A stretch of DNA of 64,000 bases from Octopus vulgaris (GCA_951406725.2 OX597815.1:17794001-17858000); one strand, 5' to 3'. Shown: positions 36,286 to 49,754, numbered from the stretch's first letter. Translations and numbers: made by a program. Notes: generated from the sequence alone by a model not told the origin.

Positions 36286-37159
36286 GATGATGTTGTTGTT
36301 TGAGTATCCTCAGACCAAAGACCTGGCCAGAATACTTGCAACAGAAATGCTTAGCGGTATTTCGTCTGTCCAAGAATCAGGTGTTAATGTTAAACGAGGC
36401 AACAGGTAAAGTCTTTACACAAGTAGACCATAGCAGGATTTGAACTCTGAATGCAAAGAATAGGAACAAATACAACAAGGCTCCCAGTCTGTTGCTCTTG
36501 ATTGCTATTTTATTTACCAAGCCTAAAAGACATAGGATTAAGAACAGTGGGTAGAGGGCAAAGCGCACCGACCCTTTTTTTTATGTGGTGGGGCTACAAT
36601 GAAAATGCCTTTAAAACTGGGTTTGAACCCTCTCAGCACATTTTGTTCTTGCACTTATGCCAGAAGAATGAAACGTTAAGTTGACAGCAGTATTTGAACT
36701 CAGAATATTAATTTGCTATTTTGTTAGTGTGTGTGTGTGGGGGGGGGGACTCAAGCAATCAATTCAAATTCTCAAAAAATCAGAAAAATCTAAGAAAAAT
36801 ATTATTACTGGCCTTCAATCTTGTTATTGAAGTTTCAATGTTTTTGATAGTTTACAGACACTAAACTACATAAAACTACTTTAGGTTATAACAGCTGATG
36901 TACTATGGGAGATGTTACCTTTATCTTACAATAATGCTTGATAAATACAAATGTTTGTTTATTTTCTGCTGCTTATTGGAGATAACACGTACTTAGTTGA
37001 ACGCTGAAGCTGAATATTACTGTTTCAAACGGATTCACAAATTTAGGAATCGGTATGGAATATTCATGTAAAGAAATACCTGATAAACATTAAGTCTTGC
37101 AGCATAACAATGTCCAAGTACTCAGTGTGTTGTTCAGAGACAAACATTTTAAGGATAAA

Positions 37160-37410
37160 TGTGAAAGGTAGGAGAGTCCAGTTTGCTGGACATTGTTGTA
37201 GAGCTGAAAAAGAAGTAATTTCTACTCTTCTCCTCTGGAAGCCATCTACTCGCAATACCAGAGGGCGCACACTCTCCTACCCTGATGTAATCTCCAGGGA
37301 TACAGGCATCCAGCAACAGGACCTCCGTACTGCCATGATGGACCGTGAAGTCTGGCGTAGCATGGTAAATTCCATTGTCTCGACCACGGTCGAGACAATG
37401 ATGATGATGA
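37160..37410 (+). mobile_element. Second RTE-group LINE family, 5'-truncated
   Basis: RRVQFAGHCCR...LLLWKP...AMMDREVWR; (GAT)n tail; TSD TTAAGGATAAA at 37149-37159 and 37411-37421. Confidence 0.88.
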
Positions 37411-37902
37411 TTAAGGATAAAATATATGTCTAAAATTGGTATTTTATAAACTAGAGCTAACAGTAAAATTTATTAAGAATCTACTGCACTTTAACAAGAG
37501 TCTTTAGTCTTCCATACATAATTGATTGTCCCAAAATTTTTATTTTGCACATGGAATGCAGGAGACAATTTTGCAATAAAGTGCATGTAATATTTCTTGT
37601 ACTGGTAGAATTGTTCGTAAGTGATAATTATGAATTGAAATCTAATAGTTTGAGAACCTGAAGTTGATGGCGCTAGCAGCATATCGTATTGATAAATACT
37701 TTAGATTAAATTAATTCATTCGATAATTACAAAAAATAAAAAAAGAATATCACAGTATTAATAGCAATGAATAAAACTCTGTCATTAGAAATAAATGTAT
37801 ATTTTAAAAATTATGGGTCTATTTACAATACGTTCACTAGTTTTGTTTTCGAACAATTTTTAAGATTCAACTGATGATGATAAGGATATATATATATATA
37901 TT

Positions 37903-38665
37903 CATCATCATCATCATCATCGTTTAACGCCTGCCTGGGTTGGACGATTTGACTGAGGACTGGTGAACCAGATGGCTGCACCAGGCTCCACTCTGAAATG
38001 GCAGAGTTTCTGCAGCTGGATGCCCTTGCTAACGCTAACCATTCCGAGAGTGTAGTATGGGGTGCTTTTATGTGCCACCGGCACTGGCAACAACGTCACT
38101 CAAATGCTTTTTCATGCCACTGGCACAAGTATCAGTAAGGCGACACAGGTAACGATCATGCTTGAATGGTGCTTTTTATGTGTCACTGGCACAGAAGCCA
38201 CTCAGCTGCTCTAACAACAATCCTGCTCGGATGGTGCTCTTAGCGTTCCACTAGCACGGATGCCAGTCATCAAATTTGATTTCTATTTCGATTTTACTTG
38301 CCTCAACTGGTCTTCGCAAGCAGAGTTTAGTGTCCAATGAAGGAAAGGTACGCATAAGTGGGCTGATTACACCCCTGGCATAAGCCACAGGTTATGGTCT
38401 CACTTGGCTTGCCGGGTCTTCTCATGCACTGCATATTTCCAAAGGTCTCGGTCACTAGTTATTGTCTCGGAGAGGCCTAACGTTCGAAGGTTGTGCTTCA
38501 CCACCTCATCCCAGGTCTTCCTGGATCTACCTCTTCCACAGGTTCCCTCAACCGCTAGGGTGTGACACTTTTTCACACAACTATCCTCATCCATTCTTGC
38601 AACATGACATCTGATGCGTCTTAGGTTCAATTTTTCTCTGAAGGTACTTACACTGTCGAGTTTGC
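37903..38665 (-). mobile_element. RTE LINE 3' portion (family C)
   Basis: ORF 38400-38669 HVARMDEDSCVKKC...GRGRSRKTWDEVVK plus 3' UTR and tail. Confidence 0.9.
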
Positions 38666-38802
38666 ACATATATATATATTTATATATATATACATATACT
38701 TTATTTAAACTCTGAGTAACAGCTTTTGTTATATTTCTGCTGCTTTTAAATAAAGCATATTACTCTACCTCTGGTATTTGAGTACTCTTTTTTCGACCTT
38801 GT

Positions 38803-38997
38803 TCTCTCTTTCTTTCCTTCTTGCTGTCAGTCTGTCTGTCTGTCTCTCTTTCTTGCTGTTTGTTTGTCTGTCTGTCTCTCTTTCTTGCTGTTTGTTTGTC
38901 TGTCTGTCTCTCTCTCCTCCCTTCTCTCTCTTGCTGTCTGTCTGTCTGCCTCTCTCTCTCCTTCTCTCTCTCTTGCTGTCTGTCTGTCTCTCTCTCT
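38803..38997. repeat. CT/CTGT-rich minisatellite
   Basis: Repeated tcttgctgt(c/t)tgtctgtctctct units. Confidence 0.9.
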
Positions 38998-39249
38998 GAT
39001 ATGTGGGCATGTCCCCCCTTTGTATCTATCTCTTATAAGTTGAAAACTGGTGTTGGACTTTTTATGTCGCAACTTAATGGTTCAGCAAAAGAGATTGACA
39101 GAATAAGTACCTGTGTTATAATAACTACCGGGGCCATTTTAATTGATTGAGCCCTTCATGGTAAAACCCTTGTATGGTTGTAAACTGGAACAAGAATAAA
39201 AAAAAATTAAACTATGCTTTATTTTTATCATCATTATTAAATAAACATC

Positions 39250-39599
39250 GACAACTGACATCAGTGCTAGTGGGATGCAAGGGTGATCGTTGACAGAGCA
39301 GTCAACTGGCTCCGTGCCAGTGGCATGAAAAAGGGCACCATTGGAGTGTGATCATTACCAATGTCACCTTACTGGCACCTGTGCTGGTGGCATGCGTAAA
39401 AAGATTCGAGCGAGGACGTTGCCAGTACCGCCTGACTGTCCCCTGTGCCGGTGGCACGTAAAAAGCACCCACTACATTCTCGGGGTGGTTGGCATTAGGA
39501 AGGGCATCCAGCTGTAGAAACACTGGTGCGGCCGTCTGGTTCGCCAGCCCTCAGTCAAAATCGTCCAACCCATACTAGCATGGAAAGCGGACGTTAAAC

Positions 39600-39632
<33 letters not shown>
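39250..39632 (+). mobile_element. RTE 3' tail (family C)
   Basis: Family match; long (GAT)n. Confidence 0.88.
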
Positions 39633-39711
39633 AACCAGATCTAGTAAAACAGAAGAATTAGAAGAAATTAGAGATGCACTGTTTTGTCAAAAAGCAAGAA
39701 AAGTTTAATAC

Positions 39712-39925
39712 TCTTCACTCTTTACTCTTTTACTTGTTTCAGTCATTTGACTGCGGCCATACTGGAGTACCGCCTTAAGTCGAGCAAATCGACCCCAGGA
39801 CTTATTCTTTGTAAGCCCAGTACTTATTCTATCAGTCTCTTTTGCCGAATCGCTAAGTGACAGGGACGTAAACACACCAGCATCGGTTGTCAAGCAATGC
39901 TAGGGGGACAAATACAGACACACAA

Positions 39926-39956
<31 letters not shown>

Positions 39957-40131
39957 CATATATACGACAGGCTTCTTTCAGTTTCCATCTACCAAATCCA
40001 CTCACAAGGCATTGGTCGGCCCTGGGCTATAGCAGAAGACACTTGCCCAAGATGCCACGCAGTGGGACTGAACCTGGGAACCATGTGGTTGGTTAGCCAG
40101 CTACTTACCACACAGCCACTCCTGTGCCTAT
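39712..40131 (-). mobile_element. SINE family A, full length
   Basis: Family match. Confidence 0.92.
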
Positions 40132-40740
40132 ACTTCAGAAATTTCTTCTTCTTCTTTTGAATTGGGGTAAGGGTGGGGGTGGGGGGCACAGAGGTCTTAA
40201 CACAAGACTGCAAATTAGCCAATGATCCAGTTTTCTACTTTGCTTGCTATGATTACCCAGAAGTCAATTTATCTACCAAAAAAAAAAACCCCTAAAATAG
40301 TAGTAAAACAGTCAAAGAAGAAAGAATAACAGGAGTGATTAGTAATAACAGATCGTAGAACAACAGGTCTGAAGATCTATGAAATGATGAGAAATATGAT
40401 ATCTTTTATAAAGCTTCTGCTAATGTAGGTAACAAGCCAGAATAGACAGAATAGACACAGCTGCTGTCAAATAACGCAAGGCAAAAGAAATTATCAGAGC
40501 AGTTAGGAGAAGAAAACCACAGCTGCAACTAACAATACTGAAATCAATGCGGATTTCTTTATCTTTTTTACCTTCTCAAATGACCTTTCCAACACATTCA
40601 ACTCGCATTATGGAAGAAGAATTACGGAATGTTTTAGCTTGATTTTTATCATAGCAAAAAAAAATATATATATATAGCAAAAGAAACAGCTTAACCTTAT
40701 TTTAAATTTAATTTTAATTGATGATGGATTAACAGAATCA

Positions 40741-41219
40741 TTAACCCTTTCGTTACCAACCCGGCTGAAACCTGCTCTGGCTCTGTAGTACAAATGTCTT
40801 GTTTTCATAAGTTTTGAATTAAAATCTTCCACCAAACCTTAGTCACAGTTTATGTTCCTAACACTAGCTTAATAATAACTAAGTTATTTTATTAAATTCT
40901 TTGTTATATTTAAAATATTTGAAAGAAACACAGAGCATCTCAAAATAAATATAGTAATGAAAGGGTTAAAATATATAATAGAGAAATAATTCTTAACCCT
41001 TTTGATACCAACCTGGCTGAAACCTGCTCTGGCTCTGGGTACAAATGTCTTGTTTCATAAGTTTTGAATTAAAATCTTCCACCAAACGTTAGTCACAGTT
41101 TATGTTCCTAACATTAGCTTAATGATAACTAAGTTATTTTACTAAATTCTTTGCTATATTTAAGATAATTGAAAAAAACACAGAGCATCTCAAAATAAAT
41201 ATGGATATGAAATGGTCAA
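40741..41219. mobile_element. Tandem dimer of piggyBac-type MITE family E
   Basis: TTAA-CCCTTT...AAAGGG-TTAA units 40741-40969 and 40993-41219 with a 23-bp spacer. Confidence 0.88.
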
Positions 41220-41960
41220 GAAGTCAGACAAAATGCCTATATTTTAAATTCAAATCTCACTGGGGCCAACTTTACCTTTCATCCGTCCAGTAATATCATT
41301 TAAAAATAAGTACAGTCAACTACTACACTTGATTTATATTCCTATAAAACATTTTATATGTGAATGGAATTATAATGAAATAAGAAAACAACAAAAAAAT
41401 AAATAATCTCTTAAATTTCAATTATTATTTCATGACATCTATAACGGAAGACTTTTACTGTTACTTTAAGTAATATATTGTTCAACGTGAGACACATCTA
41501 ACTAATTATCCTCGTTTATGTCCACTCTTCCAAACAAATAGATAGAATAAACAACAAAGAGTAAAAAAAATAAAGAACCAGATTTAGTCATATTTTTAAT
41601 CACATCTTCAGTTTTTCTCAACTATTTTATCACAACTTGTCTGTAGACAACTCCAGCGCTCTGCTTTTAATCCATAATCGATTTTCATCATCAACATTCA
41701 TTATGCATAAAAATTTTTAGCATATTAAAATTTCATTGTAAATATAAATACACAGAGTGTGAAAATATAGGTGTGTAAATGCTAGGTGTAAAATTGATTA
41801 TTTTTAAGTGTTTTGGTTTGACAGAAATTCTTAACTCTACTTAGCATGGATTGATTAGTTTTTAGCATTTGCACTGATGATGAAACTCCACTTATTTAGA
41901 TATTACAAAAAAATTAGGCTATAAGATTAAATGAGGTACTTATTATTATATAATAAACAT

Positions 41961-42875
41961 GAGAGTCAAGACTATTGAAAAGGTTGCAAGACGCAACGAA
42001 AATTTTAGGGAAATAAAAAATAAGAAATAAGTGGAAATTTTACCGGTGAGTGTGTTACATTATAAGGCACAAAAAGAAAATGACTCTCCCCAGACACAAC
42101 AGAATATGCTCCAACACACGAACTCATGTAAAGAATATTGCAAACCAAATTCAAAAATGAAATATATATATCTAGAAGGCTTTGGTTGGCCCGAGGCTAT
42201 AGTAGAAGACACTTGCCCAAGGTACCACGCAGTGGGACTGAACCTGGAACCATGTGGTTGGTAAGCAAGCCACTTACCACACACACTGACCCACACACAT
42301 GCGCACAAACAAACAAAAGGGAACGCAGCGTAAATAACGGACAGAGTCAAGACTATTGAAAATGTTGCAAGACGCAACGAAAATTTTAGGGAAATAAAAA
42401 ATAAGAAATAAGTGGAAATTTTACCGGTGAGTGTGTTACATTATAAGGCACAAAAAGAAAATGACTCTCCCCAGACACAACAAAATATGCTTCAACACAC
42501 GAACTCATATAAAGAATCTTGCAAACCAAATCCAGAAACGAAATATAAGCTTTAGCCAAGCTAGCTAGACATTGAGAAACACCGTGTTCAGCAGTCTAAA
42601 AATCAAGACAGCTACCCGACACCTCCACTTCTTTAAAACATGCATCTCCTCCAAGCTATACACAAAATCTGAGAGTCATGACTATTGAAAAAGTTGCAAG
42701 ATGGAACGAAAATTTTAGGAAAATAAAAATAAGAAATAAGTGGAAATGTTACCGGTGAGTGTGTTACATTATAAGACACAAAAAGAAAATGACTCTCCCC
42801 AGATACAACAGAATATGCTTCAACACACGAACTCATATAAAGAATCTTGCAAACCAAATCCAAAAACGAAACATG
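41961..42875 (+). repeat. Three direct copies of a ~205-bp unit, each with a hammerhead-like motif
   Basis: Copies start near 41961, 42342 and 42671; each has CTA-TTGAAAA-N-GTTGC-loop-G(C/G)AAC-GAAAATTT-TAG. Confidence 0.85.
42177..42282 (-). mobile_element. SINE family A head fragment
   Basis: Family match. Confidence 0.85.
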
Positions 42876-43292
42876 AATAACATACACTAAATATGCTTTT
42901 ATGATTGGAATTACTTTTGTATATCCCAGTTTTTTGATATAATGGAGACACAGTCAGGAAGGGCATCTAACCATAAAATACTACCTCTAAAAGTCCATTC
43001 CAATCCTTTTCAGCATGGAACAATAGACATAAAACTGATTTAGATTAAATCCCATATTTCCTTGCTTCTTGTCACACAGTACAACAATCAAAGTATATAT
43101 TATTTATTAGTCATCTGAGCAAGCTATCCTTTATCTCCAGAAAAGGTGAGCCTCGATTTAGTGTCAGAGATCAGACCTTAATGATCAGGTTTATTGAGAC
43201 TGTAGGGTATGTGTTAAATGTATATTTGTTTTCAGGTTTTCATGCAAGAATGTTGGGGACAACTTAATTCACACTTGGCAATTTATGAAATA

Positions 43293-43667
43293 CTAGCACT
43301 ATGACCCAGTAACGCCAGGTCATAGTGCTAGTGCATGCATATACAGCTGCGTGCGTGTGCGTACATACACGCGAGTACTGTCCAAATCTCCGACCAATCA
43401 CATACAGATAGCTGGCATTCAATTGGTGTATCAAATTTTGGGCATTTAGTTTGGGTTTTGGATAGAAATTTCACAAAAAAGTCACTTCTATTGATTTTTT
43501 AATGGCTTTGTGGGGCGACTGGGGAAATGTAAAGATGTGCACGACCACCTTTTGACGGTTTTGAATGGCCATAGAAAGTGCGAGCCCTCTAACTGAAAAA
43601 TTGTGGATTGGATTTGTATAAAGGACACGCACGCAGACAGACATTTTGCCTTTTATATATATAGAGA
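43293..43667 (-). mobile_element. Non-autonomous Helitron
   Basis: On - strand: A|TC start, subterminal hairpin and CTAG|T end; no TSD. Confidence 0.88.
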
Positions 43668-43674
43668 TTATATG

Positions 43675-43723
<49 letters not shown>

Positions 43724-44004
43724 GTTGATTGACTACATATTAGACTGTAAATAACAAAGAACAAATTTTCAATTTTTTCCTGCTTCCCGCATTTTTTGAT
43801 CTAAACTTTCCCAATAAAGATGTATAAATATAAAAGAATAGACTTCCAAATTATGCAAATTATATTCATTTTGGAATGAGATTATGATTCTTCCTGTGGT
43901 TGTGGAACAACAATGTGATTCTAAATCACAAAAAATAATTCTCGTCCTTCGTCAGTCGCAGAAATAAGTTCACTCTTTTTGCAAACCAGTTTCTGTTACT
44001 TTGT

Positions 44005-44287
44005 GCGTTACCAGCATTGCCTTCCTGGCACCTGTGCCGGTGGCATGTGTAAAGGATTCGAGCGAGGTCATTGCCAGTACCGCCTGACTGGCCCTGTGCC
44101 GGTGGCATGTAAAAGCACCCACTACACTCTCAGAGTGGTTGGTTTTAGCAAGGGTATCCAGCTGTAGAGACTCTGCCAGATCAGATTGGAGTCTGGTGCA
44201 GCCATCTGGTTTACCAGCCCTCAGTCAAATCGTCCAACCCATGCTAGCATGGAAAGCGGACGTTAAACGATGATGATAATGATGATG
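44005..44287 (+). mobile_element. RTE 3' tail (family C)
   Basis: Family match. Confidence 0.88.
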
Positions 44288-44340
44288 TTGTGAAATCAAC
44301 AAATCCTTTTAAACCATCATTTTTTAAAATTCAGTAGCAG

Positions 44341-44555
44341 AGGCGAACTGGCAGAATTGTTAGCACGTCAGACAAAATGCCTGGTGGTATTTCTTCAAGG
44401 TCTTTATGTTTTGAAATCAAATCCTACTGACATCAACTTTGTCTTTCATCCTTTCCAGGTTAATAAAATAAAAGAACGAGCCAAGTACTGGGGTCAATGT
44501 ACTCAACATGCCCCTCCCCTCAAAGTTACTGGTCTTGTGCCAAAATTAGAAAAAA
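44341..44555 (+). mobile_element. SINE family B, diverged
   Basis: Family match. Confidence 0.7.
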
Positions 44556-44825
44556 ATTAATAAATACAGAAAAATTTGTTTTTTGTGCAAGGAATCACAA
44601 GCATTATACAAACACTTTCTCTCAGACATTCTATTTGCAGATAACAGTTTGATATTCAGCTACATAATACAGTAATGGCGACTGGTCAGTTGCTTTATTG
44701 GGATGATAATACTCATGTGATGATATTGCTGATTGGCCAAACTTATCAAAATGTGTAAAGAAGAAAATATTACAAAATCCATGGTTTTTTTACAAATTAA
44801 TGTACAACTTTTTTAACAGGGACAA

Positions 44826-45301
44826 TCATCATCAACACTTAACGTCCGCTTTCCATGCTAGCATGGGTTGGACGATTTGACTGAGGTCTGGCGAACCAGA
44901 CTCCAATCTGATCTGGCAGAGTTTCTACAGCTGGATGTCCTTCCTAATGCCAACCACTCCAAGAGTGTAGTGGGTGCTTTTACGTGCCACCGGCATGAGA
45001 ACCAGTTTGGTGTTACTGGCAACGGCCATGCAGAAATGGTGCTTTTTATGTGCCACCTGCACAGGAGCCAGTCCAGTGGCACTGGCAATGACCTCGGTCG
45101 AATGTTTTTTTCACGTGCCACCAACACAAGTGCCAGTAAGGCGACACAGGTAACTATCATGCTCGAATGGTGTTTTTAACGTGCCACCGGCATAAAGCCC
45201 AGCTTGTTGCTCTGGCAACAATCTCACTCGTATAGTACTCTAAGCACTCCACTACCAACGGATGCCAGTCACCGAGTTTGATTTCAATTTCACTTGCCTC
45301 A
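44826..45301 (-). mobile_element. RTE 3' UTR (family C)
   Basis: Family match. Confidence 0.88.
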
Positions 45302-45910
45302 TAGAGCCTAATTGAGTATTAAGAATAAAACAGATCTAACTTGGATTACTCAGTTTCAACACAAGAAAAAGGAAAAGAAGTGATATCACTTTAAACAGGA
45401 GTTTAAAGTATGTGATTTCTAACAACCTATTCGGTAGATATATAATGAGAAGAGTGGTTTTTGAACCAGTTTTCAGTGACTAAATGAGTAGACATACTAA
45501 TTGATATAGTGAAAAATTAAAGAATTCAAATGGTTTAACACTAACTCATTTCATAAATCCAACAGAATTTCTTCAATTATCTGTCCTGACAGGCAAGGAT
45601 GCAGAGTTCACAACTGCAGTCTTCATCAATCAATACAACTTATGCAACTACATCCTAACTACTCACAAATATTTAAATCATCAAAACATACCAAAATGTC
45701 ATGGCAACACCATTTAATTAGTTACATTATCAATTATTAAATTAGGCACAAATAGCTGGTTTATGTTATCAGCTAGCTACTTCTACTGGATTTTAAAGAA
45801 TCTAAATGACCATGCGGTAAATGATTCTACACTGACAGTACTGGAAACTTTGGTTATATATTAAGTAGACAAAAAAAACCAGACCAAAATCATGTCTTCA
45901 CTGCTACTCT

Positions 45911-46408
45911 CATCATCATCATCATCATCGTTTAACGTCCGCTTTCCATGCTAGCATGGGTTGGACGATTTTGACTGAGGGCTGGCAAACCAGATAGCTG
46001 CACCAGACTCCAATCTTGATTTGGCAGAGTTTCTACAGCTGGATGCCCTTCCTAATGCCAACCACTCCGAGAGTGTAGTGGGTGCTTTTTACGTGCCACA
46101 GGCACGGAAGCCAGTCAGGCGGTACTGGCAATGACCTCGCTCGAATCTTTTTACACATGCCTCTGGCACAGGTGCCAGTAAGGTGACGTTGGTAACGATC
46201 AAGCTCGAATGGTGCCCTTTTACATGCCACGACACAGGGGCCAATCAGGCGGTACTGGCAACGACCTCACTCAAATCATTTTACACATGCCACTGGCACA
46301 GGTGCCAGTAAGGCGACGTTGGTAACGATCACGCTTGAATGGTGCCCTTTTACGTGCCATGGCATGGGGGCCAGTCAGGCGGTACTGCCAATGACCTCGC
46401 TTGAATCT
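45911..46408 (-). mobile_element. RTE 3' UTR (family C) with internal ~130-bp tandem repeats
   Basis: gcca(g/a)tcaggcggtactg...acctc unit occurs three times. Confidence 0.88.
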
Positions 46409-46775
46409 CTGAAGCCCAATATTGTAGAATATGCTACTCTAAAGACCAAGATTGTAGAAGATGCTACAAAACCATTCTAGATAATGGCATATTCAAACTG
46501 TAATATTTTTTTTACTTTATTCTAAAGAATTTGATTGACTAATTCTAGATATTGGTTTGTTGTTGCAAAGCTAACTTGAGTTACTGAAAAACAACAACAA
46601 GAGGAGGAAGGAAACGGACACCACAAAATACTGAGTAGATATAGATCAAAATATGTGAAAACTGAAGCAGAAAAATATTTGTATATTTTGGGGTGAACAG
46701 AATGCTAATACCGAAATATGAATATCATAAAATGGTATTTTCTTGTACTGATATTATAAACAATATTATAAACAT

Positions 46776-46949
46776 AGGCGCAGGAGTGGCTGTGTGGTAA
46801 GTAGCTTGCTAACCAACCACATGGTTCCGGGTTCAGTCCCACTGCGTGGCATCTTGGGCAACTGTCTTCTACTATAGCCTCGGGCCGACCAAAGCCTTGT
46901 GAGTGGATTTGGTAGACGGAAACTGAAAGAAGCCCGTTGTATATATGTG

Positions 46950-47004
<55 letters not shown>

Positions 47005-47220
47005 GTGTGTATGTTTGTGTGTTGTGTTTGTCCCCACCAACATCGCTTGACAACCGATGCTGGTGTGTTTACGTCCCCGTAACTTAGCGGTTCGGCAAAA
47101 GAGACCGATAGAATAAGTACTAGGCTTACAAAGAATAAGTCCTGGGGTCGATTTGATTCGACTAAAGGCAGTGCTCCAGCATGGCCACAGTCAAATGACT
47201 GAAACAAGTAAATGAGAGTA
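46776..47220 (+). mobile_element. SINE family A, full length
   Basis: Family match. Confidence 0.92.
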
Positions 47221-47285
47221 ATACTTATAAATATAATAACTTAAAAATATTCTAGAAAGAAATACCTAAGGTTGAATAAAAGATG

Positions 47286-47322
<37 letters not shown>

Positions 47323-47470
47323 ATATAGGATAAAGTTTACATAGACTCTGGCAAAAAAACAACTAAAGATAAACATTGAGGAGTCTTTAACTAGCTCCTC
47401 TAAGTCGACCAACTGGCAGTTTTTATAAGATAAGCTAAAAAAGTGTTAGCACCAGAAGTAAAAAAAATAA

Positions 47471-47619
47471 ACATTGAGATAAAGTAAACTTCCTTCCATT
47501 ATCCTCCTTCTTTGATTCCTTGACACTTCTTTTTCAGACAGGTATCACAATCTTATAAACATCACACAAATTCTTACAAATAGGTCTAAAATTACTACCC
47601 TGGAAAATGTTTTGGATCT
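47471..47619 (+). repeat. ~147-bp segment duplicated at 48424-48572
   Basis: Near-identical direct repeat about 950 bp apart. Confidence 0.92.
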
Positions 47620-48358
47620 ACGATTGTATTACAAAATTAACAAAAGTTAAAAATAAATAAAAGAAAATATTAAAAAATAATAATAATAATAATAATAAAA
47701 TAAAGAAATAAAAAATCCATGCTGCAACCAAATTTTCTAAATTCCACTCTAGAAAAAAAAAAAAAATTCTTGTAAGCTATTTCCTATGAAACTTATGATG
47801 CAGACTGAGTTATCCTCCCTGTTTCTCACCAACTCATAATAGTAATATCCACCTGCTCTTCTAGAATCAGTACACCTACAGAACTAGCTTGATGGAGGTG
47901 TCAAGTTACAGTTTCTACAGCAGTTTATCATTTGGTCAACACAGATTATTATCTAAGCACTTAAAATGTGTGAGATAATGGATTCTGTAACTGCATAGCA
48001 TACTTAAAAGATAAAATATTAAGTTGCTTTAAAATAGAAATAAATTTAAAAAAAAAAAAAAAACTCAGGAAAATACTAAAGGTAAGTTAACACAGGTAAA
48101 TATTAAAGATAATAGTTAATTTTTTTATCAACTAAATCTGCTCACAATAACCATTTTCACACACTGCACGTTACCTTTGGAGTTTTCCATATGACGAGGT
48201 CTATATGCAGGGTGAGCTTATGCAAGCATATCAAGTTGCCCATTCATTGTTGGTGGGTAATAGTTGTGTATAAGTTTACATATTATATACATACATACAT
48301 ATAAATTAGTCGGAGAAGCAGTAACGAGTGAAAATTCTGAAAATAATAATAATAATAA

Positions 48359-48613
48359 TTATAAGCTTAAAGCTTACAAGCAATCACTGTGCATTTTGGC
48401 TAAAGAAAATAGCCGAATATCAGACACTGAGATAAAGTAAACTTCCTTCCATTATCCTCCTTCTTTGATTCCTTGACACTTCTTTTTCAGACAGGTATCA
48501 CAATCTTATAAACATCACACAAATTCTTACAAATAGGTCTAAAATTACTACCCTGAAAAATGTTTTGGATCTTTAGCCAATATACAATGAATGCTTATAA
48601 GCTAACCTTATAA
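48359..48613. mobile_element. Inverted-repeat-flanked element containing the duplicated 147-bp segment
   Basis: 48359-48406 is an imperfect reverse complement of 48570-48613. Confidence 0.6.
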
Positions 48614-48649
48614 CTACTACTACTACTTCTATTATTATTATTATCATTA

Positions 48650-49216
48650 TTCAGTAGTTTTATTTTTATAGCCTGCTTTCACTTCACTACCGAGCGCAGC
48701 TGTGTCCCTTGGGTATGTGCTGTGATTTGTTGTGATGCTCTGATGGTTATTGTATGGAAAGTGTTCTGCGTAGGATGTGTGCAGTGCCTAGTAGTGCAAT
48801 TTTCTGTATGTTATATGTGTTTGTAAGTCCTGGTGTTTTTGTTATGTATTTGTCTGAATATTTTTTTATCATGCCTAATGCACCTACTATGATAGGAATT
48901 GTTTCTGTTTTCAGATTCCACATTCTAGTTACCTCTATTTCCAGGTCTTTGTATTTTGAGAGTTTCTCTATTTCTTTTAGAGACACGTTGTCATCTGCCG
49001 ATATTGATACATCAATTAGAAAGCATTTTTTTCTTCATGATCTCTGACAACTATATCTGGTCTGTTGGCCTTAATTTCTCTATCTGTGTGTATCGGCATA
49101 TCCCAGAGTATGGTTGCTTTCTCGTTTTCTGTGACCTTTTCTGGTGTGTGCTTATACCATCTTTTTTCTGTTGTTATTCCATAATGTTGGCATAGCTTCC
49201 AATGTATGTAGGTTCC
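48650..49216 (-). mobile_element. R4/Dong-like RLE LINE 3' fragment in (TAA)n
   Basis: ILWDMP...ANRPDIVV...LIDVSI...EKLSKYKDLEIE...IPIIVGALG...QKIALLGTAHILRR; (TTA)n on both sides. Confidence 0.92.
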
Positions 49217-49264
<48 letters not shown>

Positions 49265-49278
49265 CGTTATTACTCTTA

Positions 49279-49670
49279 AGGCGGCGAGCTGGCAGAATCA
49301 TTAGCACACCAGGTGAAATGCTTAGCGGTATTTCATCTGCCGCTACGTTCTGAGTTTAAATTCCACCAAGGTCGACTTTGCCTTTCATCCTTTTGGGGTC
49401 GATTAAATAAGTACCAGTTATGCACTGGGATCGATATAATCGACTTAATCCTTTTGTCTGTCCTTGTTTGTCCTCTCTGTGTTTAGCCCCTTGCGGGTAG
49501 TAAAGAAATAGGTATTTCATCTGCCACTACATTCTGAGTTCAAATTCCACTGGTGTCGACTTTGCCTTTCATCTTTTCGGGGTCGATTAAATAAGTAGCA
49601 GTTACGCACTGGGGTCGATGTAATTGACTTAATCCCCTCTCCCAAGCTGCCTTTGTGGCCAAAATTTGAA
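49279..49670 (+). mobile_element. SINE family B, tandem dimer
   Basis: Second headless unit starts at 49511. Confidence 0.88.
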
Positions 49671-49709
49671 ATTATTTTTATCATTATTATTAAGCCTATA
49701 TTATTATTA

Positions 49710-49747
<38 letters not shown>

Positions 49748-49754
49748 TACAGAC

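Noticed and set aside
38765-39150. RQTD/LSVC-repeat ORFs
   Set aside because: Translations of a CT/CTGT minisatellite
46776-46850. tRNA gene-like sequences at SINE heads
   Set aside because: A/B boxes are present but no complete cloverleaf, and they continue into SINE bodies
47530-47600. Minus-strand peptide GSNFRPICKNLCDVYKIV resembling an RT motif
   Set aside because: Too short, ends in a stop and has no further RT motifs
48175-48216. Possible 42-nt minus-strand exon (HPAYRPRHMENSK) with AAG|GTAACG donor
   Set aside because: Weak acceptor and no homology; chance occurrence is likely
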